Source: Minisyncoccota bacterium (GTDB lineage: Bacteria > Patescibacteriota > Minisyncoccia > Phycocordibacterales > JAQTLZ01). Taken from it: DNA of 64,000 bases. Numbering within the stretch: position 1 is the first letter of the stretch; every line of letters begins with the position of its first letter. This document shows positions 18,403-27,303 of this stretch, piece after piece. The notes beneath the pieces were generated by a model, which was given only the letters and a program-made list of their open reading frames with translations, was not told where the DNA came from and searched no databases. The stretch covers positions 86,610-150,609 of the forward strand of contig JAQTSY010000001.1 of the NCBI GenBank assembly GCA_028711065.1, in the 5' to 3' direction. Both the position numbers and the translations under genes were made by a program.

Positions 18403-18439
18403 ATTTAAACTTATTAATTTCTAACTTGAAAACAAACAT

Positions 18440-20362
18440 ATGAGCAAAGTAATCGGTATAGATTTGGGCACTACATATTCCGCTGTCGCTGTCATGGAAG
18501 GAGGCGAGCCGAAAATTCTCGAAAATGCAGAAGGAGTGCGAACCACGCCTTCGATAGTAGCAAAAGCAAAGACCGGAGAGACGCTCGCGGGCCTTCTCGC
18601 GCGCCGACAAGCAGTGACCAACCCAAAGAACACGATCTATCAGATCAAGCGTTTTATGGGCCACCAGTTCGACGAAGAAGCGGTGCAGAAAGACAAAGCA
18701 TCTGTGCCCTACGAAGTCGTAAAAGGGACAAACGGAGGAGTGGAAGTGAAAATGGGAGATAAGAATTATCGTCCAGAGGAAATTTCCGCCATCTTTCTTC
18801 AGAAATTGAAAGCTGACGCAGAAGCAAAGCTCGGAGAAAAAGTGACCGAGGCAATCATCACCGTTCCCGCATACTTCAATGACTCGCAGAGACAGGCGAC
18901 AAAGAACGCCGGAGAAATCGCAGGACTCACCGTGCTTCGTGTATTACCAGAGCCGACAGCAGCTGCTCTCGCCTATGGTTTTAACAAAAAGAAAAATGAA
19001 AAGCTCGTCGTCTTCGACTTCGGAGGCGGTACGTTCGATATTTCCGTGCTTGAAACAGGAGATGATGTTATCGAAGTGAAATCAACCGACGGAGACTCGC
19101 ACCTCGGAGGAAAGGACATCGACCAGAAGATCATGAACTACCTCGCAGATGCATTCATGAAAGAGAATCCGGGAATTGATCTGCGAAAAGACCCGCTTGC
19201 AAAACAGCGACTCGACGAAGCGGCAGAAAAGGCAAAGATCGAGCTCTCGACCGCAACACAAAGTGAGATAAACATTCCGTTCATTTCATCCGGAGCAAAC
19301 GGCCCGCTTCACCTCGTTCAGACGCTCACACGAGCAAAATTGGAGGAATTGTCGGCAGAGTTCATCGACCGAGCAATGGCAATCACCAAGCGAGCGATGG
19401 AAGCATCTCCATTCAAAGTAAATGAGATAAACGAAGTGGTGCTCGTCGGAGGCCAGACTCGAATGCCAAAGATGCAGGAAGTGGTGAAGGCATATTTCGG
19501 AAAAGAATTGAACCGCACAATCAACCCCGATGAAGTGGTAGCGCTCGGTGCGGCGATTCAAGGAGGCATCATCAAAGGAGATGTAAAAGATGTGCTTCTT
19601 CTTGATGTCATTCCGCTTTCTCTTGGTATCGAGACGATGGGACAGGTTGCAACAAAGCTCATCGACAAAAACACAACTATTCCAACATCAAAATCGCAAA
19701 CATTCTCAACAGCGAGCGACAATCAGACTTCAGTAGAGATCCACGTCGTACAAGGAGAGCGAGCAATGGCAAAAGACAATAAGTCGCTCGGTAAATTCAT
19801 TCTTGATGGAATCCCACCAGCACCGCGAGGCATGCCACAGGTAGAAGTAACTTTTGATGTGGATACGAACGGAATCCTCACCGTGAAAGCAAAAGAAAAG
19901 ACTACAGGAAAGGAGCAGTCGATCAAAGTGACCGGCTCAAGCGGTCTTTCAAAAGAGGAGATCGAGAAGATGAAAAAAGAGGCGGAAGTAAATGCCGCAG
20001 AAGATCAGAAGCAGAAAGATATGGTGGATGCGAAGAACTTCGCAGAACAGCTCGTCTACACGTCAGAAAAGGCATTGAAAGACGGAGGCGATAAAGTGCC
20101 AGCGGATCTCAAGAAAAGTATTGAAGATAAAATCGCAACAGTAAAAAAGGAACGAGAAAGCGGTACGCTCGAATCACTCAAGAAAGTGACGGAAGAACTT
20201 TCGACCGAACTCTCAAAGATCGGCGAAATAATGCAAAAAGCAGCGGGCGCACAGAGCGCGCCAGGAGCAGGTCCTGCTGGAGCGGAGGCTAAGTCGGAAG
20301 AAAAGGTACGGGATGCGGATTTTAAAGAGGGGGACGCGAAAAAGGACGAAGGAGCGAAGTAA
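18440..20362 (+). CDS. dnaK: Chaperone DnaK
   Basis: [33 protein letters not shown]. Confidence 0.99.
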   Translation: MSKVIGIDLGTTYSAVAVMEGGEPKILENAEGVRTTPSIVAKAKTGETLAGLLARRQAVTNPKNTIYQIKRFMGHQFDEEAVQKDKASVPYEVVKGTNGGVEVKMGDKNYRPEEISAIFLQKLKADAEAKLGEKVTEAIITVPAYFNDSQRQATKNAGEIAGLTVLRVLPEPTAAALAYGFNKKKNEKLVVFDFGGGTFDISVLETGDDVIEVKSTDGDSHLGGKDIDQKIMNYLADAFMKENPGIDLRKDPLAKQRLDEAAEKAKIELSTATQSEINIPFISSGANGPLHLVQTLTRAKLEELSAEFIDRAMAITKRAMEASPFKVNEINEVVLVGGQTRMPKMQEVVKAYFGKELNRTINPDEVVALGAAIQGGIIKGDVKDVLLLDVIPLSLGIETMGQVATKLIDKNTTIPTSKSQTFSTASDNQTSVEIHVVQGERAMAKDNKSLGKFILDGIPPAPRGMPQVEVTFDVDTNGILTVKAKEKTTGKEQSIKVTGSSGLSKEEIEKMKKEAEVNAAEDQKQKDMVDAKNFAEQLVYTSEKALKDGGDKVPADLKKSIEDKIATVKKERESGTLESLKKVTEELSTELSKIGEIMQKAAGAQSAPGAGPAGAEAKSEEKVRDADFKEGDAKKDEGAK

Positions 20363-20369
20363 TGAAGAA

Positions 20370-20448
20370 GCGAAAAAGTTGCCTTGCAAGGCAACTTTTT
20401 CGCGCACAAACAGAAAGCCACAGAAAATGTGACTTTCTGTGGCTGAAA
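20370..20448. terminator. Two hairpins after dnaK (bidirectional terminator region)
   Basis: Perfect 34-bp palindrome at 20370-20403, then AGCCACAGAAA-ATGTGAC-TTTCTGTGGCT. Confidence 0.65.
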
Positions 20449-20462
20449 ACTTCTCAAACCAC

Positions 20463-20939
20463 TCAAACCCCCCTTCCTCTTGGACCCCCCATCGGCCAAG
20501 GCTTTGCTTGAGAGGTGAGTAGAAGCTTGGGAGGACAAGGCTGTCCATCCTTCTCTTCTCCCTTGATGAATAGCTTTGCTGAATCAACGCGCACGAGAGC
20601 GATGTCAACCCCTGCAACCCCCATCTCCCGATTAATCTCCTCGAGGAGTATTTTGAGTTTATCATCCGGGAAAAAATCTCTGCCTTCGCGAATGACTGCA
20701 GGATACCTCTGCGCTTTCACATAAAGAAGTGCGTGCAGCCTCGTTGCGAATTTCACTGGATCAAACCCCCCCACCGGATTGGAATCTCCGGACGGGCTGA
20801 TCACCATGTGGAAGTGAAATGCACACTGATCCGCACTCTCCACGTAGAAAATGTGCGAGATGTGCTTCTTTCGCCGAAGAAGAGAAACTACTGCAACAAT
20901 GACGCCAACAACGATCGCAACTACGCCAGCGTAGAACAT
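20463..20939 (-). CDS. Hypothetical membrane-anchored protein (weak SPFH/band-7 resemblance)
   Basis: SD-like AAGGGGG; promoter TTGACA-N17-TATAAA (21042-21014); N-terminal TM; LLEEINREMGVAGVDIALVRV. Confidence 0.55.
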   Translation of the reverse strand: MFYAGVVAIVVGVIVAVVSLLRRKKHISHIFYVESADQCAFHFHMVISPSGDSNPVGGFDPVKFATRLHALLYVKAQRYPAVIREGRDFFPDDKLKILLEEINREMGVAGVDIALVRVDSAKLFIKGEEKDGQPCPPKLLLTSQAKPWPMGGPRGRGV

Positions 20940-21086
20940 GATTGACCCCCTTCGTTTGGGTTAAATTAAAAAGGAAGAGATCCACGAGGATCAATCCTGA
21001 CTTGCCAGACTACTTTATACCGCCATAAAGTATGTTTGTCAAGGAGAATCCTTGCACTATTTCCTGGGCGGTGTAATATAGTTTTC

Positions 21087-22163
21087 ATGGCAAAAGATTA
21101 CTATCAAATTCTCGGCGTAGAAAAGGGCGCTTCGACGGACGAAATCAAAAAAGCGTTCCGTACGCTCGCGCACAAACATCATCCTGACAAAAAAGGAGGC
21201 GATGCAGCAAAATTCAAAGAAGCGAGCGAGGCATACTCGGTGCTTTCCGACGAAAAGAAGCGCGCGGAATACGACACCTACGGACGAGTGTTCAGCGAAG
21301 GCGGAAATACCGGAGGAGGGAACGCGAGCGGATTCGAAGGATTTGATTTCTCACAATTTACTCAAGGTGGGGAAGGATTTGGAGGCTTTGATTTCGGCGA
21401 TATTTTCGGAGATTTCTTTGGAGGCAGAAATTCGAGAACAAAACGAGGCCGTGATATTTCGATTGACCTTGAACTTAGCTTTGCGGAATCAATTTTTGGT
21501 TCTGATAGGAAAGTACTTCTGACAAAAACAAGCGCTTGCGAACACTGCAAAGGAAGCGGAGCGGAAACTGGCTCGGAGATGATCACTTGTTCCACCTGTA
21601 ACGGAAAAGGAAAGATTCGCGAAACTAAGCGTTCGCTTCTCGGCTCGTTTATGGTTGAGAAAACCTGCGAGACCTGTCTCGGAAAAGGAAAAGTGCCGAA
21701 AGAAAAATGCCATGTCTGCCGAGGCGCTGGTGTGACGCGAAAAGAACAGGAGATCGAAGTCAAAATTCCTGTTGGAGTTGATGACGGAGAAATGGTGCGC
21801 CTCACTGGAATGGGAGAAGCTGTGGCTGGAGGGGTTTCTGGAGACCTCTACATCAAGCTTCACGTGCACCGACATCCGCTTTTCAAGAAAGAAGGAAATA
21901 ATCTTGTTACTGATCTTAAAATTAAATTGACTGACGCGCTTCTCGGGACTGAATACACTTTGCAGACGCTCGATGGAGAAATTAAGGTGAAAGTGCCAGC
22001 AGGAGTGACTTTCGGCGAAGTGCTGCGAGTGAAAGGAAAAGGCGTTCCGATGGAGAAAAATCACCGTGGAGACCTCCTTATCCGACTTCATATCCAATTA
22101 CCGACAAAGCTATCTCGCGAGGCACAGAAGGCATTGGAGGCTCTTAAAAAGGAAGGGCTCTAG
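21087..22163 (+). CDS. dnaJ: Chaperone DnaJ
   Basis: DYYQILG, HPD, G/F-rich region, four CxxCxGxG repeats. Start at ATG 21087. Confidence 0.98.
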   Translation: MAKDYYQILGVEKGASTDEIKKAFRTLAHKHHPDKKGGDAAKFKEASEAYSVLSDEKKRAEYDTYGRVFSEGGNTGGGNASGFEGFDFSQFTQGGEGFGGFDFGDIFGDFFGGRNSRTKRGRDISIDLELSFAESIFGSDRKVLLTKTSACEHCKGSGAETGSEMITCSTCNGKGKIRETKRSLLGSFMVEKTCETCLGKGKVPKEKCHVCRGAGVTRKEQEIEVKIPVGVDDGEMVRLTGMGEAVAGGVSGDLYIKLHVHRHPLFKKEGNNLVTDLKIKLTDALLGTEYTLQTLDGEIKVKVPAGVTFGEVLRVKGKGVPMEKNHRGDLLIRLHIQLPTKLSREAQKALEALKKEGL

Positions 22164-22174
22164 ACTGAAAACAA

Positions 22175-22214
22175 CAAACAGCCCCCCACAAAAGCTTTTG
22201 TGGGGGGCTGTTTG
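22175..22214. repeat. Perfect 40-bp palindrome (probable dnaJ terminator)
   Basis: CAAACAGCCCCCCACAAAAG|CTTTTGTGGGGGGCTGTTTG. Confidence 0.85.
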
Positions 22215-22297
22215 CATAATACCCCCAATATTGCTTAAATAGCCTAGGAATGAACGTTTCGAGCCCACGAGAGAGGCTTACACCCAAGGAGGTCGCA

Positions 22298-22681
22298 ATG
22301 TTCGAGAAATTGCTGAAAAATCTGACCCCTTGGCCAAAAGCCAAATGGGTCGCAGGAAGAAAGAAGAGCGTGTTCAAAGATGATCTGGACGAGTGCCGTT
22401 ACCTCGTTGGTAAATTGAGGGTCTGCTTCTTCGGCGGATGGAGTGCTGAAATGCAGGCCCAAAAAATCATTGCCATGGTCAAGGATGGCAAAGTAACTTG
22501 GAAAGCACTTCTTACAGACGAGGAAGAAATCAAGGAACTTGTCGTTAAGGCCAGAGAAAAAGAAGCGCGCGAAACTCTTCCATCGCCAAAGCGATGCGAA
22601 CAAGTCTTCAGCTACATCGGCCCGCCAAGAGTAAAAAAGGTGGAACCGCCCAAGTGGGTTCCACCTGGAGAGCGTAAATAG
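22298..22681 (+). CDS. Hypothetical protein
   Basis: Perfect SD AAGGAGGT before ATG 22298; terminator immediately after the stop. Confidence 0.65.
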   Translation: MFEKLLKNLTPWPKAKWVAGRKKSVFKDDLDECRYLVGKLRVCFFGGWSAEMQAQKIIAMVKDGKVTWKALLTDEEEIKELVVKAREKEARETLPSPKRCEQVFSYIGPPRVKKVEPPKWVPPGERK

Positions 22682-22710
22682 CGGATTGGTTCACCCAATT
22701 CCGCTTTTTG
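22681..22710 (+). terminator. Intrinsic terminator (near-copy at 23280-23311)
   Basis: GCGGATTGG-TTCAC-CCAATTCCGC-TTTTT. Confidence 0.7.
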
Positions 22711-22732
22711 TTTTTACATTATTGATAAAGGT

Positions 22733-22762
22733 TTGACTTTGATATAGAAATATTGTTATAGT
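22733..22762 (+). promoter_or_regulatory. Promoter of the his leader/hisE unit
   Basis: TTGACT (22733-22738), 18 nt spacer, extended -10 TGtTATAGT ending at 22762, 6 nt before the leader ATG. Confidence 0.7.
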
Positions 22763-22768
22763 GCAATC

Positions 22769-22837
22769 ATGAATAACGGACTTCAGAAATCAATCCATCA
22801 TCGCAACTCAACCAAACTTGGCGAGGGGTTGTCTTGA
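22769..22837 (+). CDS. His attenuator leader peptide (22 aa)
   Basis: Manual translation MNNGLQKSIHHRNSTKLGEGLS*; tandem CAT CAT at 22796-22801; overlaps the antiterminator strand. Confidence 0.7.
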   Translation: MNNGLQKSIHHRNSTKLGEGLS

Positions 22838-22899
22838 TATTTCTTCAAATTTCATATAAAGAAAACCCCTTCTCAAGTTTGAGAGGGGGTTTTCTTTTG
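22814..22899 (+). promoter_or_regulatory. Attenuator: competing antiterminator and terminator
   Basis: 22814-22835 AAACTTGGCGAGGGGTTGTCTT pairs with 22859-22880 AAGAAAACCCCTTCTCAAGTTT; the alternative terminator is AAGAAAACCCCTTCTCAA-GT-TTGAGAGGGGGTTTTCTTTT. Confidence 0.75.
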
Positions 22900-22951
22900 T
22901 CTACCCGCATTCCGCAAAATGGCAAAATAGTTCTTTGAGAGGAGAGTCCCC

Positions 22952-23272
22952 ATGAGTGGAACCATTCGTGCACTTGAACTTCGAATAAGGAAACGGGCGA
23001 AATCTTCGCCGGATATTTCGTATACGCGAAAACTTCTCAACACAGGCACCCAAGGATGTGCTAAGAAATTTGGCGAGGAGGCTGTTGAGCTCATTATTGC
23101 AAGTTCATGCGAAGATGACCGAAGAGTCATTTCCGAGAGCGCAGACGTGATATACCACTTGTTGGTCTTGCTCAAATCGCGCGAGGTATCCTTCTCGGCA
23201 ATCAAGAAAGAATTGAAACGCCGCGAAAGTCAGTCCGGACTTGCAGAAAAAGCGGGACGCGAAAGGAAATGA
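22952..23272 (+). CDS. hisE: Phosphoribosyl-ATP pyrophosphatase
   Basis: SYTRKLL, KKFGEEAVE, ESADVIYHLLVLL; SD GAGGAG. Confidence 0.93.
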   Translation: MSGTIRALELRIRKRAKSSPDISYTRKLLNTGTQGCAKKFGEEAVELIIASSCEDDRRVISESADVIYHLLVLLKSREVSFSAIKKELKRRESQSGLAEKAGRERK

Positions 23273-23279
23273 GCAAACA

Positions 23280-23311
23280 GCGGATAGGTTCAAACCGATT
23301 CCGCTTTTTTA
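23280..23311 (+). terminator. Intrinsic terminator after hisE
   Basis: GCGGATAGG-TTCAAA-CCGATTCCGC-TTTTTT. Confidence 0.65.
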
Positions 23312-23378
23312 TTTTTAAAATCCACAAGAAAAATCAATGGTTTCCTCACCTTCACCATAGTGCTAGAATGCTAGCGTT

Positions 23379-23864
23379 ATGGAAACCAAAGACCCAAAGG
23401 CAGCATTTCATTGGATTATCGGCATCCTCCAAAAGCACAAAGTCCCATTTCAAATAGAGGGGGGTCTTGCAGCCCGTGCATACGGTTCAAAAAGGGAACT
23501 CGCAGATATCGATATTGTCTTCCCCGATGACAGATTTGATGAATTGCTTCCTGAATTAAAAAAATACATTACATTCGGGCCCGCGCGGGATAAAGATGAA
23601 GCCTGGGCCTATACGCTGATGACTCTGGAACATAGCGGTCAAAAAATTGATATTGCAGGATCGTCTGGACAAGAATACTTTGATAAAACGAGGAAGCAAT
23701 GGATACCTTATTCTTCTGATTTTTCAGATTGCGAGTATAGAGAGATATATGGTCTCAAAGTCCCGGTCATCTCAAAAAAGAAATTGATAGCGTACAAAAT
23801 GAAACTCGGAAGGGAAGTAGATTTAGAAGATATTCAATTTCTCACAGGAAAAGATGTAAAGTAA
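23379..23864 (+). CDS. Nucleotidyltransferase-fold protein
   Basis: GGLAARAYGS.R...DIDI, KIDI, and C-terminal LIAYK...R..D..DI. Confidence 0.75.
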   Translation: METKDPKAAFHWIIGILQKHKVPFQIEGGLAARAYGSKRELADIDIVFPDDRFDELLPELKKYITFGPARDKDEAWAYTLMTLEHSGQKIDIAGSSGQEYFDKTRKQWIPYSSDFSDCEYREIYGLKVPVISKKKLIAYKMKLGREVDLEDIQFLTGKDVK

Positions 23865-23939
23865 AAATCATGAAAACAAAAAGCTTAGGAGAATATCCTA
23901 GCAAAAGAATTAAAAAAGTATATTATATTATACAAGCAT

Positions 23940-24329
23940 ATGACCCGAACAAACATATCATCAGGTTCTTCTTTCGAAAAACCCATAGGATTTTCGCGAG
24001 CAGTTCGAATTGGAAATACCATAGCCGTAGCTGGAACTGCCCCGATTGGTCCTGATGGTAAAACAGCCCATCCAGGAGATGCCTATTTGCAGACAAAACG
24101 CTGTTTTGAAATTATAAAAATTGCCATTGAAAAAGCCGGCGGAAAACTGGAAGATGTAATCCGAACAAGAGTAATGCTTACAGATATATCAAAATGGAAA
24201 GATGCTGCGAAAGCACATGGAGAATTTTTTAGCGAAATACGTCCAGCTTGTACTTTTGTTGGAGTAAAAAGACTTATCGAATCTGATTGGTTGGTAGAAA
24301 TCGAAGTCGATTGCATATTAGAGGACTAA
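23940..24329 (+). CDS. RidA/YjgF/UK114 family protein
   Basis: GFSRAVR.G, VAGTA, DVIRTR, RPACT, LVEIE. Confidence 0.93.
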   Translation: MTRTNISSGSSFEKPIGFSRAVRIGNTIAVAGTAPIGPDGKTAHPGDAYLQTKRCFEIIKIAIEKAGGKLEDVIRTRVMLTDISKWKDAAKAHGEFFSEIRPACTFVGVKRLIESDWLVEIEVDCILED

Positions 24330-24479
24330 ATCCCTTACTATCTTGAGCGAAGTAACAAGAATCGTTCTGGCTAAAAATTTAACCCTTATGTTTTGTGGCA
24401 AGTTTCTTTTTTGCATGCTAACATTCTTTCATTCATATTTTTATTGTTTCAATAAATCTGCTTTCACTTAAATACATAT

Positions 24480-24550
24480 CGGGGTGTGGTGTAACGGTAG
24501 CATCCATGATTTGGGATCATGTAGTCAGAGTTCGAATCTCTGCACCCCGA
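24480..24550 (+). tRNA. tRNA-Pro(UGG); CCA not encoded
   Basis: Acceptor CGGGGTG/CACCCCG plus discriminator A; anticodon arm CATGA-TT TGG GA-TCATG; T-arm CAGAG-TTCGAAT-CTCTG. Confidence 0.96.
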
Positions 24551-24618
24551 CAAATAAAAACCTCGCATTACTTATCTTTATAAAATAAAGAGTAGAGATG
24601 CGAGGCTGTTGTTATGTT

Positions 24619-26355
24619 TTAGAATCTGTTGATTACGTCCTCCAAACCCAGTTCAGTAACCTCCTGGGTTCTGCGATTTCGCAATTCAACGATGCCTTCG
24701 GCAGCACGCCGGCCGACAGTTATTCGCCAAGGACAACCAATGAGGTCCGCGTCTTTAAACTTCGCACCTCCTTGCAGACTTTCACGATCGTCGAGGAGTA
24801 CCGGTATCCCTCGTCCAGCCAGACGCTCATAAAGCGTATCTGATACCTTTCGCTGGTCTGGGTTGTCATACTTGACCGGTATAATCTCGACCCTGAATGG
24901 GGCGACTGATACGGGCCAGATGATTCCATCTTTGTCCCGATTTTGTTCCACGATTGCCTGCATAAGGCGGGTTGTTCCGATACCGTAGCAACCCATCCAG
25001 AGAGGGTGTGGCTTGCCATCCTCGCCTTTGTATGTTGCTCCCATCTTATCTGTATAAAGGCTTTGAAGCATAAAGATGTGCCCCACTTCAATGCCGTGAC
25101 TTTCCTGTAACAAGCCCATTTTGCATTCAGGGCATGTATGGCCAGCCACTGCGAGGTGAAGGTCAAAATAGCACTCCGGCGCGGCGAAATCACGTCCCGG
25201 TACCACATCAAGGAAGTGGTGCTCGGTCTTGTTTCCGCCGCATAGGATGTTGATCAGTCCTTCGACCGAACGGTCGAAGAGAATGGCGCGCACGTTCTGA
25301 AGTCCGATCGGGCCTGCAAAGCCAACGTCAGCGCCCGTGACAGCGCGTACGACGTCCGGTTTTGCCGGTTCCACCGATTGCGCGCTGAGCGCGTTTTTGA
25401 GTTTGATGATATTGATTTCCAGATCGCCTCGGATGCAGACCGCGACTTGGTACGATTGGCTTGGGCCAAGTTCCTCGTCGGCGGTGAGAATAATGGTCTT
25501 CACCATACGAGTTGCATCAAGGTCCGGAAACAGCTTGACCAGATCTTCCACGGTGCGTGTATTCGGCGTGTATTCAAGACGCATTGTCGCCGAGGGCTTG
25601 CTTTGCGGTGTGGGCGTCGGAACAACACTCGTTGCCTTTTCGGCATTTGCTCCATAATTGCAAGTGGGGCAGGTCAGGAGTATGTCTTCCCCACCCTCTT
25701 CCGAAACCGCCATAAATTCCGAGGAACCTTTTCCCCCGATGGCGCCTGAATCCGCTTGCACGTTGATGCAATTGGTCAGTCCGACCCGCTGAAATATCTC
25801 CGTATAGATTAGGCGGAAGAGATCGAAACTCTTCTGCATACCAGCTTGGTCGCGATCGAACGAGTAGGCGTCCGACATATCGAATTCGCGACACCGAAGC
25901 AGTCCGTGCCGAGGCCGGATTTCATCTCTGAATTTCCATCCGATTTGATGCCAAATGACCGGCAAATCGCGGTAACTGTCAATCGTTTCTGCCGCGAGTT
26001 GTGTTACCACTTCTTCTGCGGTTGGAGCCAGGCCAAACTTCGCGCCAGTGTGCCGTTCGGTGGTCTCGAACATCACCTTTGTGCCGGTATACTTATCCCA
26101 GCGTTCGGTTTTCAGCCAAAGTTCTTGCGGTTGCAAAATCGGCAACTGCAAGTTTTGCACATCGTGGCTTTCCATCACGTCCCAGACGATCGCCTGGATT
26201 TGTCTCCAGACGCGAAAGCCGAGTGGCAACAGAATGTAAGATCCCGGTGCCAATTGCTTAATGAAGCCTGCCTTCAGGAGGAAGGAGTGGGCCGCTGTCA
26301 TCGCCGCACCGACCTCGCCGTAGCGAGTTCGGGGAAACAATTTGGTCATTCTCAT
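24619..26355 (-). CDS. proS: Proline--tRNA ligase (bacterial type with INS editing domain)
   Basis: LAPTAEE, KFRDEIRPR.GL.R.REF.M.DAYSF, DSGAIGG, IEVGHIF, MGCYGIG, KFKDADLIG. Confidence 0.97.
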   Translation of the reverse strand: MRMTKLFPRTRYGEVGAAMTAAHSFLLKAGFIKQLAPGSYILLPLGFRVWRQIQAIVWDVMESHDVQNLQLPILQPQELWLKTERWDKYTGTKVMFETTERHTGAKFGLAPTAEEVVTQLAAETIDSYRDLPVIWHQIGWKFRDEIRPRHGLLRCREFDMSDAYSFDRDQAGMQKSFDLFRLIYTEIFQRVGLTNCINVQADSGAIGGKGSSEFMAVSEEGGEDILLTCPTCNYGANAEKATSVVPTPTPQSKPSATMRLEYTPNTRTVEDLVKLFPDLDATRMVKTIILTADEELGPSQSYQVAVCIRGDLEINIIKLKNALSAQSVEPAKPDVVRAVTGADVGFAGPIGLQNVRAILFDRSVEGLINILCGGNKTEHHFLDVVPGRDFAAPECYFDLHLAVAGHTCPECKMGLLQESHGIEVGHIFMLQSLYTDKMGATYKGEDGKPHPLWMGCYGIGTTRLMQAIVEQNRDKDGIIWPVSVAPFRVEIIPVKYDNPDQRKVSDTLYERLAGRGIPVLLDDRESLQGGAKFKDADLIGCPWRITVGRRAAEGIVELRNRRTQEVTELGLEDVINRF

Positions 26356-26481
26356 GGTTTTTGCCCTTTCTGTGGCTTGTGTTACTCTAAAGAACGGCTT
26401 TCCATCACAAGTTTTAGCTTAATATTGAAGCCGTCCTCTTGTCAAATGCGATTAAAATGGGTATTCTGCGCTAATAAATAT

Positions 26482-27303
26482 ATGGATACAAAAACAAAAA
26501 CGACAACTATCGGTATCTTGGGCTATGGAAATATGGGTCAAGCAATTGTAGCACAACTCCAGACCATGAAAGCGTCAAAGATGAATATTGAGATTGTCAT
26601 TCATTCTTTGGGAGTGAGTAATGTTCCAGGCGCTCGCTGTGTCGAATCCTCCATTGATTTATTTGAAGCTAGTGATTTTGTATTTGTTTGCGTAAAGCCT
26701 CAGGATTTTTACCAGCTCAAGACGCTAACTATAAAAAATGCCAAACATTTGATTGTTGTTTCAATTATGGCCGGTGTTCGTATAGTCAATATTCAGAAAG
26801 TATTTCCTGGAGCTAAAGTCGTGCGAGTAATGCCAAATTTACCGCTCCAAATCGGGCAAGGCGTCATTGGCTGGTATTTGAAAAAAGATTCTTTGACTTC
26901 AGACGAGCAAGCTTTTCTTGAAAAAGTCTTTTCAGTATTTGGCTTGAGTGTCCCGTTGCAAGAGGAAAAAATGCTCGATGCATTGACGGCTGTCTCCGGT
27001 TCAGGTCCTGCTTATGTTTTTCTCTTTGCAAACGCTCTTATAAAGTCAGCACGAGAACTTGGATTTAGCCAAGATGTTGCCGAAAAGATTGTGATAAAAG
27101 CAATTACCGGTTCGATTGCCTATGCTGTTTCGAAAGAGCATCCTGATTTTGAGCGCCTTATTCAGATGGTGCAGTCAAAAGGAGGGACAACGGAAGCGGC
27201 GCTTAACACTTTGGATGTTGAAAATTATTATACAGAGTGGCAAAAGGCAATTAAAAAAGCCTACGAGCGCGCTCAAGAAATTTCTTCTCATGACAGCAAA
27301 TGA
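26482..27303 (+). CDS. proC: Pyrroline-5-carboxylate reductase
   Basis: GYGNMG, VKPQ, SIMAGV, RVMPN, SGSGPAY, SKGGTT. Start at ATG 26482. Confidence 0.93.
   Translation: MDTKTKTTTIGILGYGNMGQAIVAQLQTMKASKMNIEIVIHSLGVSNVPGARCVESSIDLFEASDFVFVCVKPQDFYQLKTLTIKNAKHLIVVSIMAGVRIVNIQKVFPGAKVVRVMPNLPLQIGQGVIGWYLKKDSLTSDEQAFLEKVFSVFGLSVPLQEEKMLDALTAVSGSGPAYVFLFANALIKSARELGFSQDVAEKIVIKAITGSIAYAVSKEHPDFERLIQMVQSKGGTTEAALNTLDVENYYTEWQKAIKKAYERAQEISSHDSK

Noticed and set aside
23269-23457. 62-aa His-containing ORF after hisE
   Set aside because: It runs through a terminator and the next promoter and overlaps the following gene out of frame; probably spurious.
26356-26445. T-box upstream of proS or the pro genes
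   Set aside because: The leader is only about 55 nt and has no TGGNACC antiterminator.
25846-26481. Long N-terminal extension on ProC in the ORF track
   Set aside because: It is the antisense shadow of proS plus intergenic DNA; ProC homology starts at ATG 26482.
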